Notes: generated by a model from the letters alone, not told the origin. A stretch of 64,000 bases of DNA from an uncultured bacterium (GCA_963749495.1 CAVVMW010000012.1:160001-224000), one strand, 5' to 3'. Positions 1 to 10,229 are shown, counted from the stretch's first letter. Made by a program: numbers and translations.

Positions 1-562
1 GGCCATCCTCAAGGTCAACATCGAGGCCGCCGACGAAATCGCCCGCCAACTGCGCCTGCGCAACATCGGCGGCCTCATCGTCCTGGACTTCATCGATATG
101 AAGTCCCGCCGCGACCAGCAGCAGGTCTATCACCGCATGAGGGATGGCCTGCGCCGCGACAAGGCCAAGACCCACATCCTGCCCATCTCCCAACTCGGCC
201 TCATGGAGATGACCCGCCAGCGCCACAGCGAAAGCGTCAATGCCGCCGTCTATGACGATTGCCCTTACTGCAAGGGCCGCGGCAAGGTCAAAAGCGCCCT
301 CACCATGAGCGTCGAAATCCAGCGTAAGCTCAGCGAAATCCTCAAAAAACGCACACGCGACGAATCCGATTTCCAACTCCTCATCGTCGTCCACCCCACC
401 ATCCTCGAACGCCTCCGCACCGAGGACGAGAAACACCTCATCGAGATGGAAAAACGCTACTTCGGCAAGCTCTCCTTCCGCAAAGACCCGGGCCTCCACG
501 CCGAGCAATTCAAGATCGTCAACGTGGCGACCAACGAGGAACTGGCCAGCGTGGGAGGATAG
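1..562 (+). CDS. Ribonuclease E/G family protein, C-terminal part (5' truncated by window edge)
   Basis: Frame open from base 2: NIEAADEIARQLRLRNIGGLIVLDFIDM ... ISQLGLMEMTRQR ... CPYCKGRG zinc-link motif. Confidence 0.92.
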   Translation, partial: AILKVNIEAADEIARQLRLRNIGGLIVLDFIDMKSRRDQQQVYHRMRDGLRRDKAKTHILPISQLGLMEMTRQRHSESVNAAVYDDCPYCKGRGKVKSALTMSVEIQRKLSEILKKRTRDESDFQLLIVVHPTILERLRTEDEKHLIEMEKRYFGKLSFRKDPGLHAEQFKIVNVATNEELASVGG

Positions 563-567
563 CAGGG

Positions 568-1071
568 CTATTTGCCCGCCTGGGGGGGCGCGGCGGGAGC
601 GGGCTCGGCCTGCTTGAGGACCACGAACCAGCTTGTGGCGTTGGGGGCATTGCCCCCGAGCACCAGGGTTTCGCCTTTGGGCAGGGCCTGGGTGCGTTTG
701 AGGACGTGCTTGACCCGGCTGAACAGGGAGACTTCCACGGTGGTATTGCCGAGGTTCTTGACCTCGATATCACATTTCTCGCTCATGGGCAGTTTGATCG
801 AGCCTTTGGCCGGCACGTCAACCGTCTTGCGGTTCACCACGAAATAGTTGGTCCACTTGAAGGGCAGTTCCTGGAGCTTCTTGCGGACCTCCGCGCTCAC
901 CGGTTTGTGTTTGGGGTCGGGGGATTGGGTATCGTTGGTCCCCCAGATCAAGAGGGCCTCGACCTTGAGGGTGGCCTCTGCCGCCCGGGCAGACGACGGG
1001 GCATAGGCCGTTCCGACCAGGAGGGCCGAGAACCAGGCCAACAGACATGCTGAAGTAGCGGTGCGTTTCAC
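568..1071 (-). CDS. Hypothetical secreted protein
   Basis: 167 aa ORF with signal-peptide-like N terminus; third gene of the sigma/anti-sigma operon. Confidence 0.75.
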   Translation of the reverse strand: MKRTATSACLLAWFSALLVGTAYAPSSARAAEATLKVEALLIWGTNDTQSPDPKHKPVSAEVRKKLQELPFKWTNYFVVNRKTVDVPAKGSIKLPMSEKCDIEVKNLGNTTVEVSLFSRVKHVLKRTQALPKGETLVLGGNAPNATSWFVVLKQAEPAPAAPPQAGK

Positions 1072-1074
1072 GGA

Positions 1075-1569
1075 CTAATCCATCCAATCAACAGCGTCGT
1101 CTTCAAGCAAGTCATCTTCAGCGGGGTAAGAGAGCCACACCAGGGTGGTGCGGGCTGCATAGTCATGATAAGTAAAGGCGCTGGAATCGGTCAGCGAGGT
1201 CTCGCTCTCGGGACCCTGCTCGGGCAGGCCTATAAGGAGAACCGCCGCCATGGCGGCGGCTGTGGCGCCGGCGGGCACCAGCCATCGGAGCCAGCCGGCA
1301 AAGATAGAGGACGGCTGGGGCGTCGGCGGTTGTCGGCGCTGAATCTCACGGTGGATCTTCGACCAGAAAAACTCACGCGACTCCGGCAGCTTGACCTCGC
1401 CTTCAACGTCCACGCCGGCGAGGGCGCCGGAGGTGCTCTTGAGCTCCGCCAGCAGTGCCTGGGCCTCGGGGTCGGTTGCCAACCGCTCCTGGACCTGGCG
1501 CGCCTCCTCCCCGGACAGTTCCCGGTCCAGGTGGGCCTGCAGCTTCAGTTGTGTCTCGTAATCCATCAT
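1075..1569 (-). CDS. Membrane-anchored anti-sigma factor
   Basis: LQAHLDRELS N terminus, one hydrophobic helix, start overlaps the ECF sigma stop. Confidence 0.75.
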   Translation of the reverse strand: MMDYETQLKLQAHLDRELSGEEARQVQERLATDPEAQALLAELKSTSGALAGVDVEGEVKLPESREFFWSKIHREIQRRQPPTPQPSSIFAGWLRWLVPAGATAAAMAAVLLIGLPEQGPESETSLTDSSAFTYHDYAARTTLVWLSYPAEDDLLEDDAVDWMD

Positions 1570-2165
1570 TTCAAATCGTCCTTCCTCAAGCCGGCCAGCA
1601 GCGCGGCCATCTTCCTGCGCGCATAGAACAGCCGGGACATGACCGTCCCGATAGAGCAGCCCATGGTTTTGGCAATCTCTTTATATTCCATCTGCTCGAA
1701 CTCATGGAGCACCAGGACGGTCCGATGCTCATAAGACAACTGGCCCAAGGCGCGGTCAATGCGCTGCCGCAGTTCGGCCCGCTCCAGGCCCGCTGTCGGG
1801 TTCACGCTCACCACGGGCATCTGCCGTTCCACGCCGCCCGACTCTTCACCCATGGCCTCGATCGATTCCACCCGCTGGCGCTTTTGCCGGCGCAAATGGT
1901 CCAGGCACAGGTTAATCACAATCCGCGTCATCCAGGTGCCGAAGCTCGATTCACCCAGAAACTGCGGCAACCGCTGCCACCCCTTGACCCAGGCCTCTTG
2001 AGAAAGATCAATAGCTTCTTCTTCATTCCTCACCATGCTCAAGGCCCGGGCGTATATCTTGTCCCGGTGGCGGGCAACCAGCTCTTCAAACGCCGCCATG
2101 TCCCCGCGCTGCGCGGCTCGCACTAGCGCCGGATCCTCATCTGAGGAATGATCTTTACCGCTCAT
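1566..2165 (-). CDS. ECF RNA polymerase sigma factor (RpoE-like)
   Basis: GDMAAFEELV, SSFGTWMTRIVINLC (region 2) and YKEIAKTMGCSIGTVMSRLFYAR (region 4). Confidence 0.93.
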   Translation of the reverse strand: MSGKDHSSDEDPALVRAAQRGDMAAFEELVARHRDKIYARALSMVRNEEEAIDLSQEAWVKGWQRLPQFLGESSFGTWMTRIVINLCLDHLRRQKRQRVESIEAMGEESGGVERQMPVVSVNPTAGLERAELRQRIDRALGQLSYEHRTVLVLHEFEQMEYKEIAKTMGCSIGTVMSRLFYARRKMAALLAGLRKDDLK

Positions 2166-2200
2166 TCGACGGTGGGCAGTGAGGGCCTATTCACGGCAGT

Positions 2201-2863
2201 TCACAGTTTTCCTTTGGTGCTGGGCAGCGCGCTGGCCAGCCGGGGGTCGCGCTGGCTGGCAGCATCGGCCGCCCGGGCAAATGCCTTGAAGAGCGCCTCG
2301 ACGATATGGTGGGGTTCATCCCCATAGAGCAGTTCCAAGTGCAGGTTGCACCGGGCCTCGTTGGCGAAGGCCCGGAAAAACTCACGGGCCAACCCAAACC
2401 GGAAGGCGCAGGACATGTCCTGCCTTTTCTCCCGGGCATTGACGGTGCGATAGGCCAACTCATTCATTCCCCGCCACACCAGCAAGGGCCGTCCCCCGAA
2501 ATCAATGACGCACCGGGCCAGGCATTCGTCCATGGGCACGTAGGCCTCGCCGCTCAAGGGGTTGCGCGGGTCAAACCCCGTCCCGTAGCGGCGCAGCCCC
2601 CGCTTGTCCCCAAGCCCTTGAGTAAATGCCTGCCCCAGGGCCAGTCCGCAATCCTCGACCGTGTGATGCGCATCCACTTCCAAGTCCCCCGCGCACCGCA
2701 ACTCCAGGTCCATCGCCCCGTGCCGCGCAAACAGCGTCAGCAGGTGGTCCAAAAACCCTATCCCCGTCCGCACCCGGGCCTTGCCGCTCCCGTCAATGTT
2801 CAATCTGAGGACAATCCGCGTCTCCTTTGTCTGACGCCGGATCAGTGCCTGCCGTTTCTTCAT
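2201..2863 (-). CDS. hisB: Imidazoleglycerol-phosphate dehydratase
   Basis: RQTKET, TGIGFLDHLL, GDLEVDAHHTVED, HHIVEALFKAFARA, PSTKG. Confidence 0.96.
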   Translation of the reverse strand: MKKRQALIRRQTKETRIVLRLNIDGSGKARVRTGIGFLDHLLTLFARHGAMDLELRCAGDLEVDAHHTVEDCGLALGQAFTQGLGDKRGLRRYGTGFDPRNPLSGEAYVPMDECLARCVIDFGGRPLLVWRGMNELAYRTVNAREKRQDMSCAFRFGLAREFFRAFANEARCNLHLELLYGDEPHHIVEALFKAFARAADAASQRDPRLASALPSTKGKL

Positions 2864-2929
2864 CTGCCGGCATTAAACCAGGAATCCGGGGCCCAAACCA
2901 AGCCTAATCAGCGCGGCGGGACCAGGCAA

Positions 2930-2964
2930 ATGACGAATGACGAATGACGAATGACGAATGACGA
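2930..2964. repeat. Heptamer tandem repeat (ATGACGA)x5
   Basis: Read directly; the same unit recurs at 43954, 45735 (reverse) and 56419. Confidence 0.95.
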
Positions 2965-2979
2965 AATGGCGACTGCGGG

Positions 2980-3058
2980 CCTTTGTCGCGGCCTTTGTCG
3001 CAACCTTTGTCGAAAGCGGGGGATTCGACAAAGGTTGCGACAAAGGTTGCGACAAAGG
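2980..3058. repeat. Palindromic element built from 12-nt units (CCTTTGTCGC.. / ..GCGACAAAGG)
   Basis: Three forward units then three inverted units; related copy at 3994-4079. Confidence 0.9.
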
Positions 3059-3086
3059 TGCGGGATCGGAGGTACTGGGAGAGGCG

Positions 3087-4127
3087 CTATTTGGAGTGGT
3101 CCGAAGCGGCCAGTTTGCTGCGCAGGGCCTGGACCTGGGCCTGGAGGGCCTCCGGGTTGGGGGAGGCCTTGTGGGCAAGGGCGATTTCGAGCAACTCGGC
3201 GGCCTTGGCATAGTGGCCCTGCTCTTCCTCCAGGCGCGCCAACTGCACGGTCATCTGCCCCAGGGCCGCCAGGTCGGGCTTGGGCTTGGTGCTCTGCTGC
3301 TGGAGCCAGCGTTGGAGGGCGGCGTTGAGGAGGTTGCGCGCCCGGACGGTGTCGTGGTGGTTCTCGTAATAGAGCCGGCCCAGTTCGAGCAGGATTTCGT
3401 AGCTGGCGGGATTTGCGTTGAGGCCCTGGCGGAGGAACTCCTCGGCCTCCTTGACCTTGCCAAGGTCCCGGCGCAGCCAGTAAGCGGCCACGGTATAGGT
3501 CTCGATGCGGTGCGGGTCCAGGTCGGCGGAGAGCTTGAGCCAGGGCAGGATCTCTCGCTCCCGGCCATGGGCCAGGTGAGTGTGCGCGGTAATGGCGAAC
3601 TTCCTGCCAAAACGCTCGATCCAGTCGCGGGGGGTGTCCAGGAAGCTCATGGCCTTCTCGTGCTCTTCCTCAGCGTGATGGTCCTCCAGGTGCGCGTCCT
3701 GGTCGTGGTCATGATCATGGCCGGATTCGGTCATGTGCTGGGCATTGGTGGGGGCGTGGGCCTGGTCGAAGACCGAGGGATAGTAGCCGCTGTGGAAATA
3801 GACATCGGCCTGGACGAACATCTGGTTTGCCAGGATCTGCCGGCTGTTGCCCAGCAGGACCTGCAGGAGGTTGTCCGAGGCCCGCCCCTCGGTCCAGCCC
3901 GAGGCGCGCGGCTCCACCACGGTGGCCAGCGAAAACGCCGCCACCAGCAACAGCGCCAGCATTAGGGCGGGGGAGCACCGCACCGGCCTTTGGGCGACTT
4001 TCGTATCTTTGTCGCATCCTTTGTCGCATCCTTTGTCGAATTGGGTTGATTTTCGACGAAGGCTGCGACAAAGGTCGCGAAAGCCACTCAAGGTCCGGTG
4101 CATTAAGGCGTGGGAGGCCTTCTTCAT
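3087..4127 (-). CDS. TPR-repeat membrane/periplasmic protein with His-rich segment
   Basis: TPR-like helices (AEEFLRQGLNANP), HDHDHD tract; ATG overlaps the permease TGA. Confidence 0.8.
   Translation of the reverse strand: MKKASHALMHRTLSGFRDLCRSLRRKSTQFDKGCDKGCDKDTKVAQRPVRCSPALMLALLLVAAFSLATVVEPRASGWTEGRASDNLLQVLLGNSRQILANQMFVQADVYFHSGYYPSVFDQAHAPTNAQHMTESGHDHDHDQDAHLEDHHAEEEHEKAMSFLDTPRDWIERFGRKFAITAHTHLAHGREREILPWLKLSADLDPHRIETYTVAAYWLRRDLGKVKEAEEFLRQGLNANPASYEILLELGRLYYENHHDTVRARNLLNAALQRWLQQQSTKPKPDLAALGQMTVQLARLEEEQGHYAKAAELLEIALAHKASPNPEALQAQVQALRSKLAASDHSK
3994..4079. repeat. Second copy of the 12-nt-unit palindromic element, inside the 5' end of the TPR gene
   Basis: CTTTGTCGCATC units opposed to GCGACAAAGG. 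Confidence 0.85.
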
Positions 4128-4906
4128 GTCGTGAGCACTTTCCGCCGGAACAGCAGCCAGGTCACGAAGAGAAACACCGCCGAGTAGGCCGCCAGGTAGG
4201 CCGTGGCCAGCAGGCAGTCCCCCCAGGCGATGAGGTCCTGGTCAAAGACCAGCCGCTCGCGCACGGCATAAAACCACTCCAGGTGCGGGATCAAAAAGTA
4301 GAGGCCGGTCAGGACCAGCGCCGCCAGCGGCCGCTGCAAGGCCGCCAGCTTGTGCAAGTAGCCGCCCATGACGAAGATCGAGGCAATGGCCGTGAAACAG
4401 ATCGTGGCGTTGGCCGAGGGGGCGCTAAACACGATGGAGCCAAGCAGGACCATGCTGATGACGACGGCCAGCATGCCCCAGTGCAGCCAAAAGGCCTGAG
4501 CATACTGGGCCAGGGGCAGGCCCCCCTCCCGGGCGGCGTTGACTACCCCGAAGAAGAGATAAAACACCACCAGCGCCAGCCCGCACGCCAGCCAGCAGCC
4601 CGCGAATTTGCCCGCCACCACCTGCCCGCGCGTCACCGGTTTGGCCAGCAGCGGGAAAATCGTGCGGCTCTCGCGCTCGGCCGGGATCTGCCGGGCGGCC
4701 GTCGCAACCGCAATGACCAGCGACGAAATCCAAATCAGGTGCAGGCAGATGTCCTTGACGAACCGCTGGATCTTGCTCTCGTTGAAAAAGCTCACCGACC
4801 CCGCCATCAGCGTGATGAGCGCCGTAATCACGAAGAGCACATAGAAATCCTTCCGGCGGTAGAGTTCCTTGATGACGAGCGCGGCCAGGCAGAGGATAAT
4901 GTTCAT
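4124..4906 (-). CDS. ABC-2 type transporter permease
   Basis: Multiple TM segments; ERESRTIFPLLAKPVTRGQVVAGKF motif. Confidence 0.9.
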   Translation of the reverse strand: MNIILCLAALVIKELYRRKDFYVLFVITALITLMAGSVSFFNESKIQRFVKDICLHLIWISSLVIAVATAARQIPAERESRTIFPLLAKPVTRGQVVAGKFAGCWLACGLALVVFYLFFGVVNAAREGGLPLAQYAQAFWLHWGMLAVVISMVLLGSIVFSAPSANATICFTAIASIFVMGGYLHKLAALQRPLAALVLTGLYFLIPHLEWFYAVRERLVFDQDLIAWGDCLLATAYLAAYSAVFLFVTWLLFRRKVLTT

Positions 4907-5712
4907 GGCGAGGCGGTCGGGTAGCCGACGATTTGGAGAAAGACCTTCTCGAGGCCCATCTGGTGTTCCCGGACCAGGTCGGCCACGCGGCCAACCACCT
5001 TGAGTTCACCGCGGTGGATGATGGCCACGCGGTCGCAGACCGTCTCGACTTCGCCCAGTTCGTGCGAGGAGAACAGGACCGTCCGGCCTTCGGCCTTGAG
5101 GCGCTGGATGATCTCGCGCACCTTCATCCGGCCCAGCGGGTCCAGGCCGGCGGTCGGCTCGTCCAGGATGAGCAGGTCGGGGTTGTTGATGAGGGCCTGG
5201 GCCAGGCCGATGCGCTGCTGCATGCCCTTGGAGTAGGTCTTGATCAGCCGTTTGCGGGCCTCCTCAAGTTCAACCAGCTTGAGCAGGGCATCAATCCGCG
5301 ACTCCAATTCCGGGCGCGGGATGCGGAAGATGCGCCCATAAAAGCGCAGCAGCTCTTCGGCGCTCAGGAACTTGTAGTAATAGGTCAACTCCGGGAGGTA
5401 GCCGATGCGCTGGCGGGCAATCGGCTCCCGCACGTCCACCCCGTAGATCCAGGCCGCGCCCCGGCTCGGCGGCTGGAATCCCAGCAGCACCTGCATCGTG
5501 CTGGTCTTGCCGGCCCCGTTGGGCCGAAGGAAGCCGAACACCTCGCCCGCGTGGACCTCCAAGTCCAGGTTCTTGACCGCCACCGTGGGACCCTGGCCAA
5601 AGCCGCGCCCCGCATACTCCACCCGCAGCCCCTCGATCCGAATCACAGCGCTCGAGGCCGCTGGGACCGAGGGACCTGGCTCTGATGTCATATTTGCCGC
5701 CTCAGCGCTCAT
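4903..5712 (-). CDS. ABC transporter ATP-binding protein
   Basis: PNGAGKTS, YSKGMQQR, LLILDEPT, SSH; start placed at ATG 5712 (uncertain). Confidence 0.93.
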   Translation of the reverse strand: MSAEAANMTSEPGPSVPAASSAVIRIEGLRVEYAGRGFGQGPTVAVKNLDLEVHAGEVFGFLRPNGAGKTSTMQVLLGFQPPSRGAAWIYGVDVREPIARQRIGYLPELTYYYKFLSAEELLRFYGRIFRIPRPELESRIDALLKLVELEEARKRLIKTYSKGMQQRIGLAQALINNPDLLILDEPTAGLDPLGRMKVREIIQRLKAEGRTVLFSSHELGEVETVCDRVAIIHRGELKVVGRVADLVREHQMGLEKVFLQIVGYPTASP

Positions 5713-5825
5713 ACTCGACTGGCCGGCCAAACACCGGGCACTCTGCCGCCTAGTTTCAGGCCAAAGTGCCCGCACTGTCAATCCCCGGGGTGCGCCCCAA
5801 ATCCTCGCCCTAACCATTTTTAAAA

Positions 5826-5888
5826 AACCACGGAATACACGGAACACACGGGAAAAGGCCCCTTTCCGTGTATTCCGGTTCCGTGGTT
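5826..5888. repeat. Inverted array of 9-nt units (CACGGAATA / TTCCGTG)
   Basis: AACCACGGAATACACGGAA ... TTCCGTGTATTCCGGTTCCGTGGTT between divergent genes. Confidence 0.8.
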
Positions 5889-6076
5889 CTCTATCTTCTC
5901 TCGATTGGCATGGAAATTGAGCACGTCCGGTTCCTCCGGTGCGTTTTGTAGAAGAGGATTCTCTAGTAGGTGGTTTCGGATGCGCCCGATCCTCGCCTCA
6001 GCCCAGAGGGCGCATTTTTCTCTCGCCAAACGGGTTGGGGCGGGCAAGAGTGCCTCTTTACGATGGCGATTCAACG

Positions 6077-7621
6077 ATGATGACCGAGCAGATTGTCATT
6101 TTGGATTTTGGCTCGCAATACACCCAGGTCATCGCGCGGCGCATCCGCGAGTGCAATGTCTATTCGGTGATCCTGCGCTTCGACACCCCGGCTGACCAGG
6201 TCGGCGCCCTGGCGCCCAAGGGTATCATCCTCTCGGGCAGTCCCTCCAGCGTCTATGCCCAGGACGCCCCGTTGCCCGACCCGGCGCTCTTCGATCTGGG
6301 CATCCCGGTCCTGGGCATCTGCTACGGGGTCCAGGTCCTGGCCCATTTCCTGGGCGGCAAGGTCGAGCCGGGCCTCAAACGCGAATACGGCAAAGGCACG
6401 CTCCGCGTGCGCGACAGCTTCTGCCCCCTCTTCGCCAACCTGCCCGAGACGTTGCAGGTGTGGAACTCGCACGGCGACAAGCTCACCAAGGCCCCGGCCG
6501 GGTTCAAATCCGTGGCCATCACAGACAATTCCGATTTCGCCGCCATCCAGGACCCCGCCCGGAGGATGTTCGGCCTGCAGTTCCATCCGGAAGTGGCGCA
6601 CACGCCCCAGGGGCGCGACATCCTCGCCAATTTCGTCCACAACATCTGCGGCTGCGGCAAGCACTGGACGATGCGCAACTACATCGAGCAGGCGGTCGAG
6701 ACGATCCGCGCCCAGGTCGGCGGGCAGAAGGTGGTGCTCGGGCTGAGCGGCGGGGTGGACTCGAGCGTGGCGGCCGCGCTGCTGCACCGGGCCATCGGCG
6801 AGCAGCTCACCTGCATTTTCGTCAACAACGGCGTGCTGCGCGGGCGCGAGGCGGGGGTGGTGCGGGAGGTCTTCGGCCGGCACTTCAAGCTCAAGCTGCG
6901 CTATGCCAACGCCTCGCGGCTGTTCCTGCGCCGGCTCAAAGGCGTGACTGAGCCTGAGCGCAAGCGGAAGATCATCGGCAAGACCTTCATCGAGGTCTTC
7001 GAGGCGGCGGCACGGCGCGTGGGCAGGGCGAGGTTCCTGGCCCAGGGCACGCTCTATCCGGACGTGATCGAGTCGGTGCCCATCGGGGGCAACCCCGCGG
7101 CGATGATCAAGAGCCATCACAACGTGGGCGGGCTGCCCAAGCGGATGCGCCTGCAGTTGGTCGAGCCGCTCAAGTGCCTTTTCAAGGACGAGGTGCGCGA
7201 GCTGGGTCTCGAACTGGGGCTGCCGCGCGAGATCGTCCTGCGCCAGCCCTTCCCGGGCCCCGGCCTGGCCGTCCGCATCCTGGGCGAGGTCACCCCGCGG
7301 CGGCTCGAAATCCTGCGCAACGCCAACGGCATCGTGGTCCAGGAGATGAAAAACAGCGGGTGGTATTACCGGATCTGGCAGAGCTTCGCCGTCCTCCTGC
7401 CGGTGCGCAGCGTCGGTGTCATGGGCGACGAGCGCACCTACGATTACACGATCGCCATCCGCGCCGTCGAGTCCCAGGATGGCATGACCGCCGATTGGGT
7501 GAAGCTGCCCTATGACCTCCTCGAACGGCTCTCCAGCCGCATCATCAACGAGGTCAAAGGCGTCAACCGCGTCTGCCTCGACATCACCAGCAAGCCGCCG
7601 GGCACCATCGAGTGGGAGTGA
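6077..7621 (+). CDS. guaA: GMP synthase (glutamine-hydrolysing)
   Basis: [45 protein letters not shown]. Confidence 0.98.
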   Translation: MMTEQIVILDFGSQYTQVIARRIRECNVYSVILRFDTPADQVGALAPKGIILSGSPSSVYAQDAPLPDPALFDLGIPVLGICYGVQVLAHFLGGKVEPGLKREYGKGTLRVRDSFCPLFANLPETLQVWNSHGDKLTKAPAGFKSVAITDNSDFAAIQDPARRMFGLQFHPEVAHTPQGRDILANFVHNICGCGKHWTMRNYIEQAVETIRAQVGGQKVVLGLSGGVDSSVAAALLHRAIGEQLTCIFVNNGVLRGREAGVVREVFGRHFKLKLRYANASRLFLRRLKGVTEPERKRKIIGKTFIEVFEAAARRVGRARFLAQGTLYPDVIESVPIGGNPAAMIKSHHNVGGLPKRMRLQLVEPLKCLFKDEVRELGLELGLPREIVLRQPFPGPGLAVRILGEVTPRRLEILRNANGIVVQEMKNSGWYYRIWQSFAVLLPVRSVGVMGDERTYDYTIAIRAVESQDGMTADWVKLPYDLLERLSSRIINEVKGVNRVCLDITSKPPGTIEWE

Positions 7622-7671
7622 ACGAGGGCCGAGATTGACGCAGCGTTTGCGCCAGCTTAGCGTAGCGGCGT

Positions 7672-7914
7672 ATGACGATTCAGAAGGTCCGCAAATTATA
7701 CGCGGCTGAGCCGTTTCGTCCATTCGACATCCACATGGCGGACGGACGAAAGATCCGCGTCCCCCACCCGGAATTTATGGCTACGGCCCCTTCTGCCCGC
7801 ACCATCGTGGTATGTGAGCCCGACGAGTCATTTGAGATCATCGATCTGTCGCTGGTGACTGCCGTCAGGGTGCCAGCCAATCGAACGGCCAAGAGGAGAC
7901 GGCGTCGGGCTTGA
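7672..7914 (+). CDS. Small hypothetical protein (PFRPFxIxMADG type, common in PVC bacteria)
   Basis: 80 aa ORF preceded by TTGACG-17nt-TAGCGT. Confidence 0.7.
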   Translation: MTIQKVRKLYAAEPFRPFDIHMADGRKIRVPHPEFMATAPSARTIVVCEPDESFEIIDLSLVTAVRVPANRTAKRRRRRA

Positions 7915-7915
7915 C

Positions 7916-8626
7916 TTACAAACCGGCGCACGCCCGGACGAAGCCGCAAACCAATGGGTGCGGGGCGGCGGGGGTGGAGCTGGTCTGCGGGACGAACAAC
8001 GTGCCGATGAAGAAAGGATGGCCCGTCAGTTCCACCACGCGCACTGCCCCCTGGGCATCCGACCCGGCAATCCGGAGCGCCCCGCCCAGGAGCACGTCCA
8101 CGTAATCAGGGTTCACGCCGAAATTGCAGACATACCGCTCGGTCGCGGTCGTTCGGCCGTAGAGCCGGGCAGCCAGCGAATCCGGCGCCAGCGTGACTGG
8201 CAGCGCGCGCCCCACGAGCGAACAAGCCAGTCGCGAGATGAACAGCCGCGAGGCGCCAGGGTGCTCTTCTTCGTGCTCTGCGTCCGCATAGCCCAGGACA
8301 TTGCGCGCGTATTCCAGAATGATGTGCTGAAAGCCGCCGCAGGTGCCCAGGAGCGGCACCCCGCCCTCGCGCGCCATGCGAATGCCGGAGAGCGCGCCCT
8401 CCCTGCTCTTGTAGGGGCTGGCAGGGGCTATCCAGATCCCGCCGCAGCCGGCCAACTCCTTTATCCCTCCAGGCCGCGCCAGTGTGTCGGTGCCGACCCA
8501 ACGATGCTCGACCTCCAGACGGAGGGCGGCGGCGGAATGGGCCAGCGCGCGGCTGGTGGCCAAGTGCGTCTCCTTCGCCGGGCTGTAATCCCCGACGATC
8601 GCTATCGGTTTGCAGGCGAGGCTCAT
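7916..8626 (-). CDS. Stand-alone class I glutamine amidotransferase resembling the CTP synthase C-terminal domain
   Basis: IAIVGD, PLLGTCGGFQH, HPFFIGTLFVPQ. Confidence 0.88.
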   Translation of the reverse strand: MSLACKPIAIVGDYSPAKETHLATSRALAHSAAALRLEVEHRWVGTDTLARPGGIKELAGCGGIWIAPASPYKSREGALSGIRMAREGGVPLLGTCGGFQHIILEYARNVLGYADAEHEEEHPGASRLFISRLACSLVGRALPVTLAPDSLAARLYGRTTATERYVCNFGVNPDYVDVLLGGALRIAGSDAQGAVRVVELTGHPFFIGTLFVPQTSSTPAAPHPLVCGFVRACAGL

Positions 8627-8627
8627 G

Positions 8628-9995
8628 TCAGGCCCTGAGGTACTGCGCCGGGAATTTCCAGGGGGCGCGGTACTTGGGCACGGCAAGCCGGGCCGCCTCG
8701 GGGTCCCCGACGATCTGTTCCTTGACCGGATCGAAGCGGATGGAGCGGCCGAGCTTGAGCGAGAGGAGGCTCAACTGGACGGGCACGTCCACCTTGACAT
8801 GGTAGTTGGGATTACAGCTTGGCTGCTTGCGGGACTTGATGCAGTCCAGCCATTCGCGCTCGTGGCCGGGCGAGGGCGGGATCGACTTGGCCGGCTGGGG
8901 CAGGCCCTGCATCTTGTCGCCTTCAGGCACGATCTTGAACATGCCGTAATCGGCAAAAAGGGTCCCGTTGGCGCCGTGGAAATAGATGCCCAGGCGCCGT
9001 TGCGGCTTGGGTTCGCCGTGAAAATCGAAACCGTAACTGTTGGTGAGCGAGGACATCCAGGTGAGCGTCAGCTTCGGATATTGCCACAGGACCTCGTGAT
9101 TGTCATAGGCATCGCCGTCGTCCTTGAGGATAAGGCGGCCGCCGGAGGAGCTGGTGCTGAGGGGGAACCCGAGGTCGAGGGCCCAGATAGGCAGGTCAAT
9201 GATGTGCGGGGCCATGCCGGGGGTCCAGCCGCCGCTGTAATCCATCCAGGAGCTGTGGTTGTAGGCATCATGCACCAACAGCAGGTTGAACCGGCCCAAC
9301 GGCGCCGGGCCGCACCAGAAATCCCAGTCCAGCCCAATGTCCGACGCGGTCTGCTTTTGGGTGCTGGTGCCGACGCCCTGCGGGTGCTGGTTCATCACGT
9401 TGAAGGTGCGGACGGCGCCGATCGGGCCAAGGTTGCCGGAGCGGATGAGTTCGACAACGCGGCGGTAGTTCTCGGAGGCGTGGATCTGGGTGCCGATCTG
9501 GCAGATACGGTTGTGTTTGTTGACGGCGTTGCGCAAGGCGAGGCTCTCGGCCAGGTGCAGCGTCATCGGTTTCTGCACGTAAAGGTCCTTGCCGGCCTCG
9601 CAGGCCGCAATCGCCAGCAGGGTGTGCCAATGAGGCGGTGTGGCGATGATGACGGCGTCCAGGTTGGGCTGCTGGAGCATCTGGCGGAAGTCCTTGTAGC
9701 CCTTGCACGCCGCCGCCTTGTGCTTCTCGGTGACCGTCTCCATCCGGGCGTCCCAGACATCGCACGCGGCGGTGACGGCCACGTCAGGGTACTTCGCGCA
9801 CTCGCTGAGGTTGTAGTTGCCCATCCCGCCGCAGCCGATGATGCCGAGGTTGATGCGTTCGCTGGGCGGCGATTTGCCGGGGCCGCCGAGGGCCGAGGCG
9901 GGGATGATGTTGGGGGCAGCGGCCACCGCCGCGGCGGCGGCCGTCGTCTTGAGAAAGTCGCGGCGCGAGATCGGTGTGGATGGCTCGGGATTCAT
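8628..9995 (-). CDS. Gfo/Idh/MocA family oxidoreductase with Tat signal
   Basis: SRRDFLK, LGIIGCGGMG, IATPPHWH, YVQKP. Confidence 0.93.
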   Translation of the reverse strand: MNPEPSTPISRRDFLKTTAAAAAVAAAPNIIPASALGGPGKSPPSERINLGIIGCGGMGNYNLSECAKYPDVAVTAACDVWDARMETVTEKHKAAACKGYKDFRQMLQQPNLDAVIIATPPHWHTLLAIAACEAGKDLYVQKPMTLHLAESLALRNAVNKHNRICQIGTQIHASENYRRVVELIRSGNLGPIGAVRTFNVMNQHPQGVGTSTQKQTASDIGLDWDFWCGPAPLGRFNLLLVHDAYNHSSWMDYSGGWTPGMAPHIIDLPIWALDLGFPLSTSSSGGRLILKDDGDAYDNHEVLWQYPKLTLTWMSSLTNSYGFDFHGEPKPQRRLGIYFHGANGTLFADYGMFKIVPEGDKMQGLPQPAKSIPPSPGHEREWLDCIKSRKQPSCNPNYHVKVDVPVQLSLLSLKLGRSIRFDPVKEQIVGDPEAARLAVPKYRAPWKFPAQYLRA

Positions 9996-10126
9996 GTCCG
10001 GACTCATACTGGTTTTGACGCCAGGGCGCAAATGTTTTTCCTTCGAGGTGGATGCAGTTTTAACTCACGACCTCTGTCAACCACTGGATGAAGGGCCGAA
10101 TTGCCATGAAAAAAGTGAAAAAAAGC

Positions 10127-10156
10127 TTGAAATGGGCGGCAGGAAGCCGATACTAT
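10127..10156 (+). promoter_or_regulatory. Sigma70-type promoter facing the 3' end of the DUF3800 gene
   Basis: TTGAAA (10127)-18 nt-TACTAT (10151) with upstream A-tracts. Confidence 0.65.
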
Positions 10157-10161
10157 TTACG

Positions 10162-10229
10162 TGAGCTGGCGTGGGACCTGCCCGGTCTCAGGATGCTTCC
10201 TTCCCGGAAGTCCCCAGCTCTATTTTTTT
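10162..10229 (+). ncRNA. Candidate DUF3800-associated small structured RNA
   Basis: Nested hairpin GAGCTGG/CCAGCTC, GGAC/GTCC, CCGG/CCGG, AGGA/TCCT, then TATTTTTTT; starts ~6 nt after the -10 box. Confidence 0.6.

Noticed and set aside
6071..7723. Long antisense ORFs opposite real genes (also 8610-10091, 11362-12750, 17219-18958, 34038-35567, 39487-40875, 52911-54407, 57242-58804)
   Set aside because: Shadow frames expected from high-GC codon bias; no motifs.
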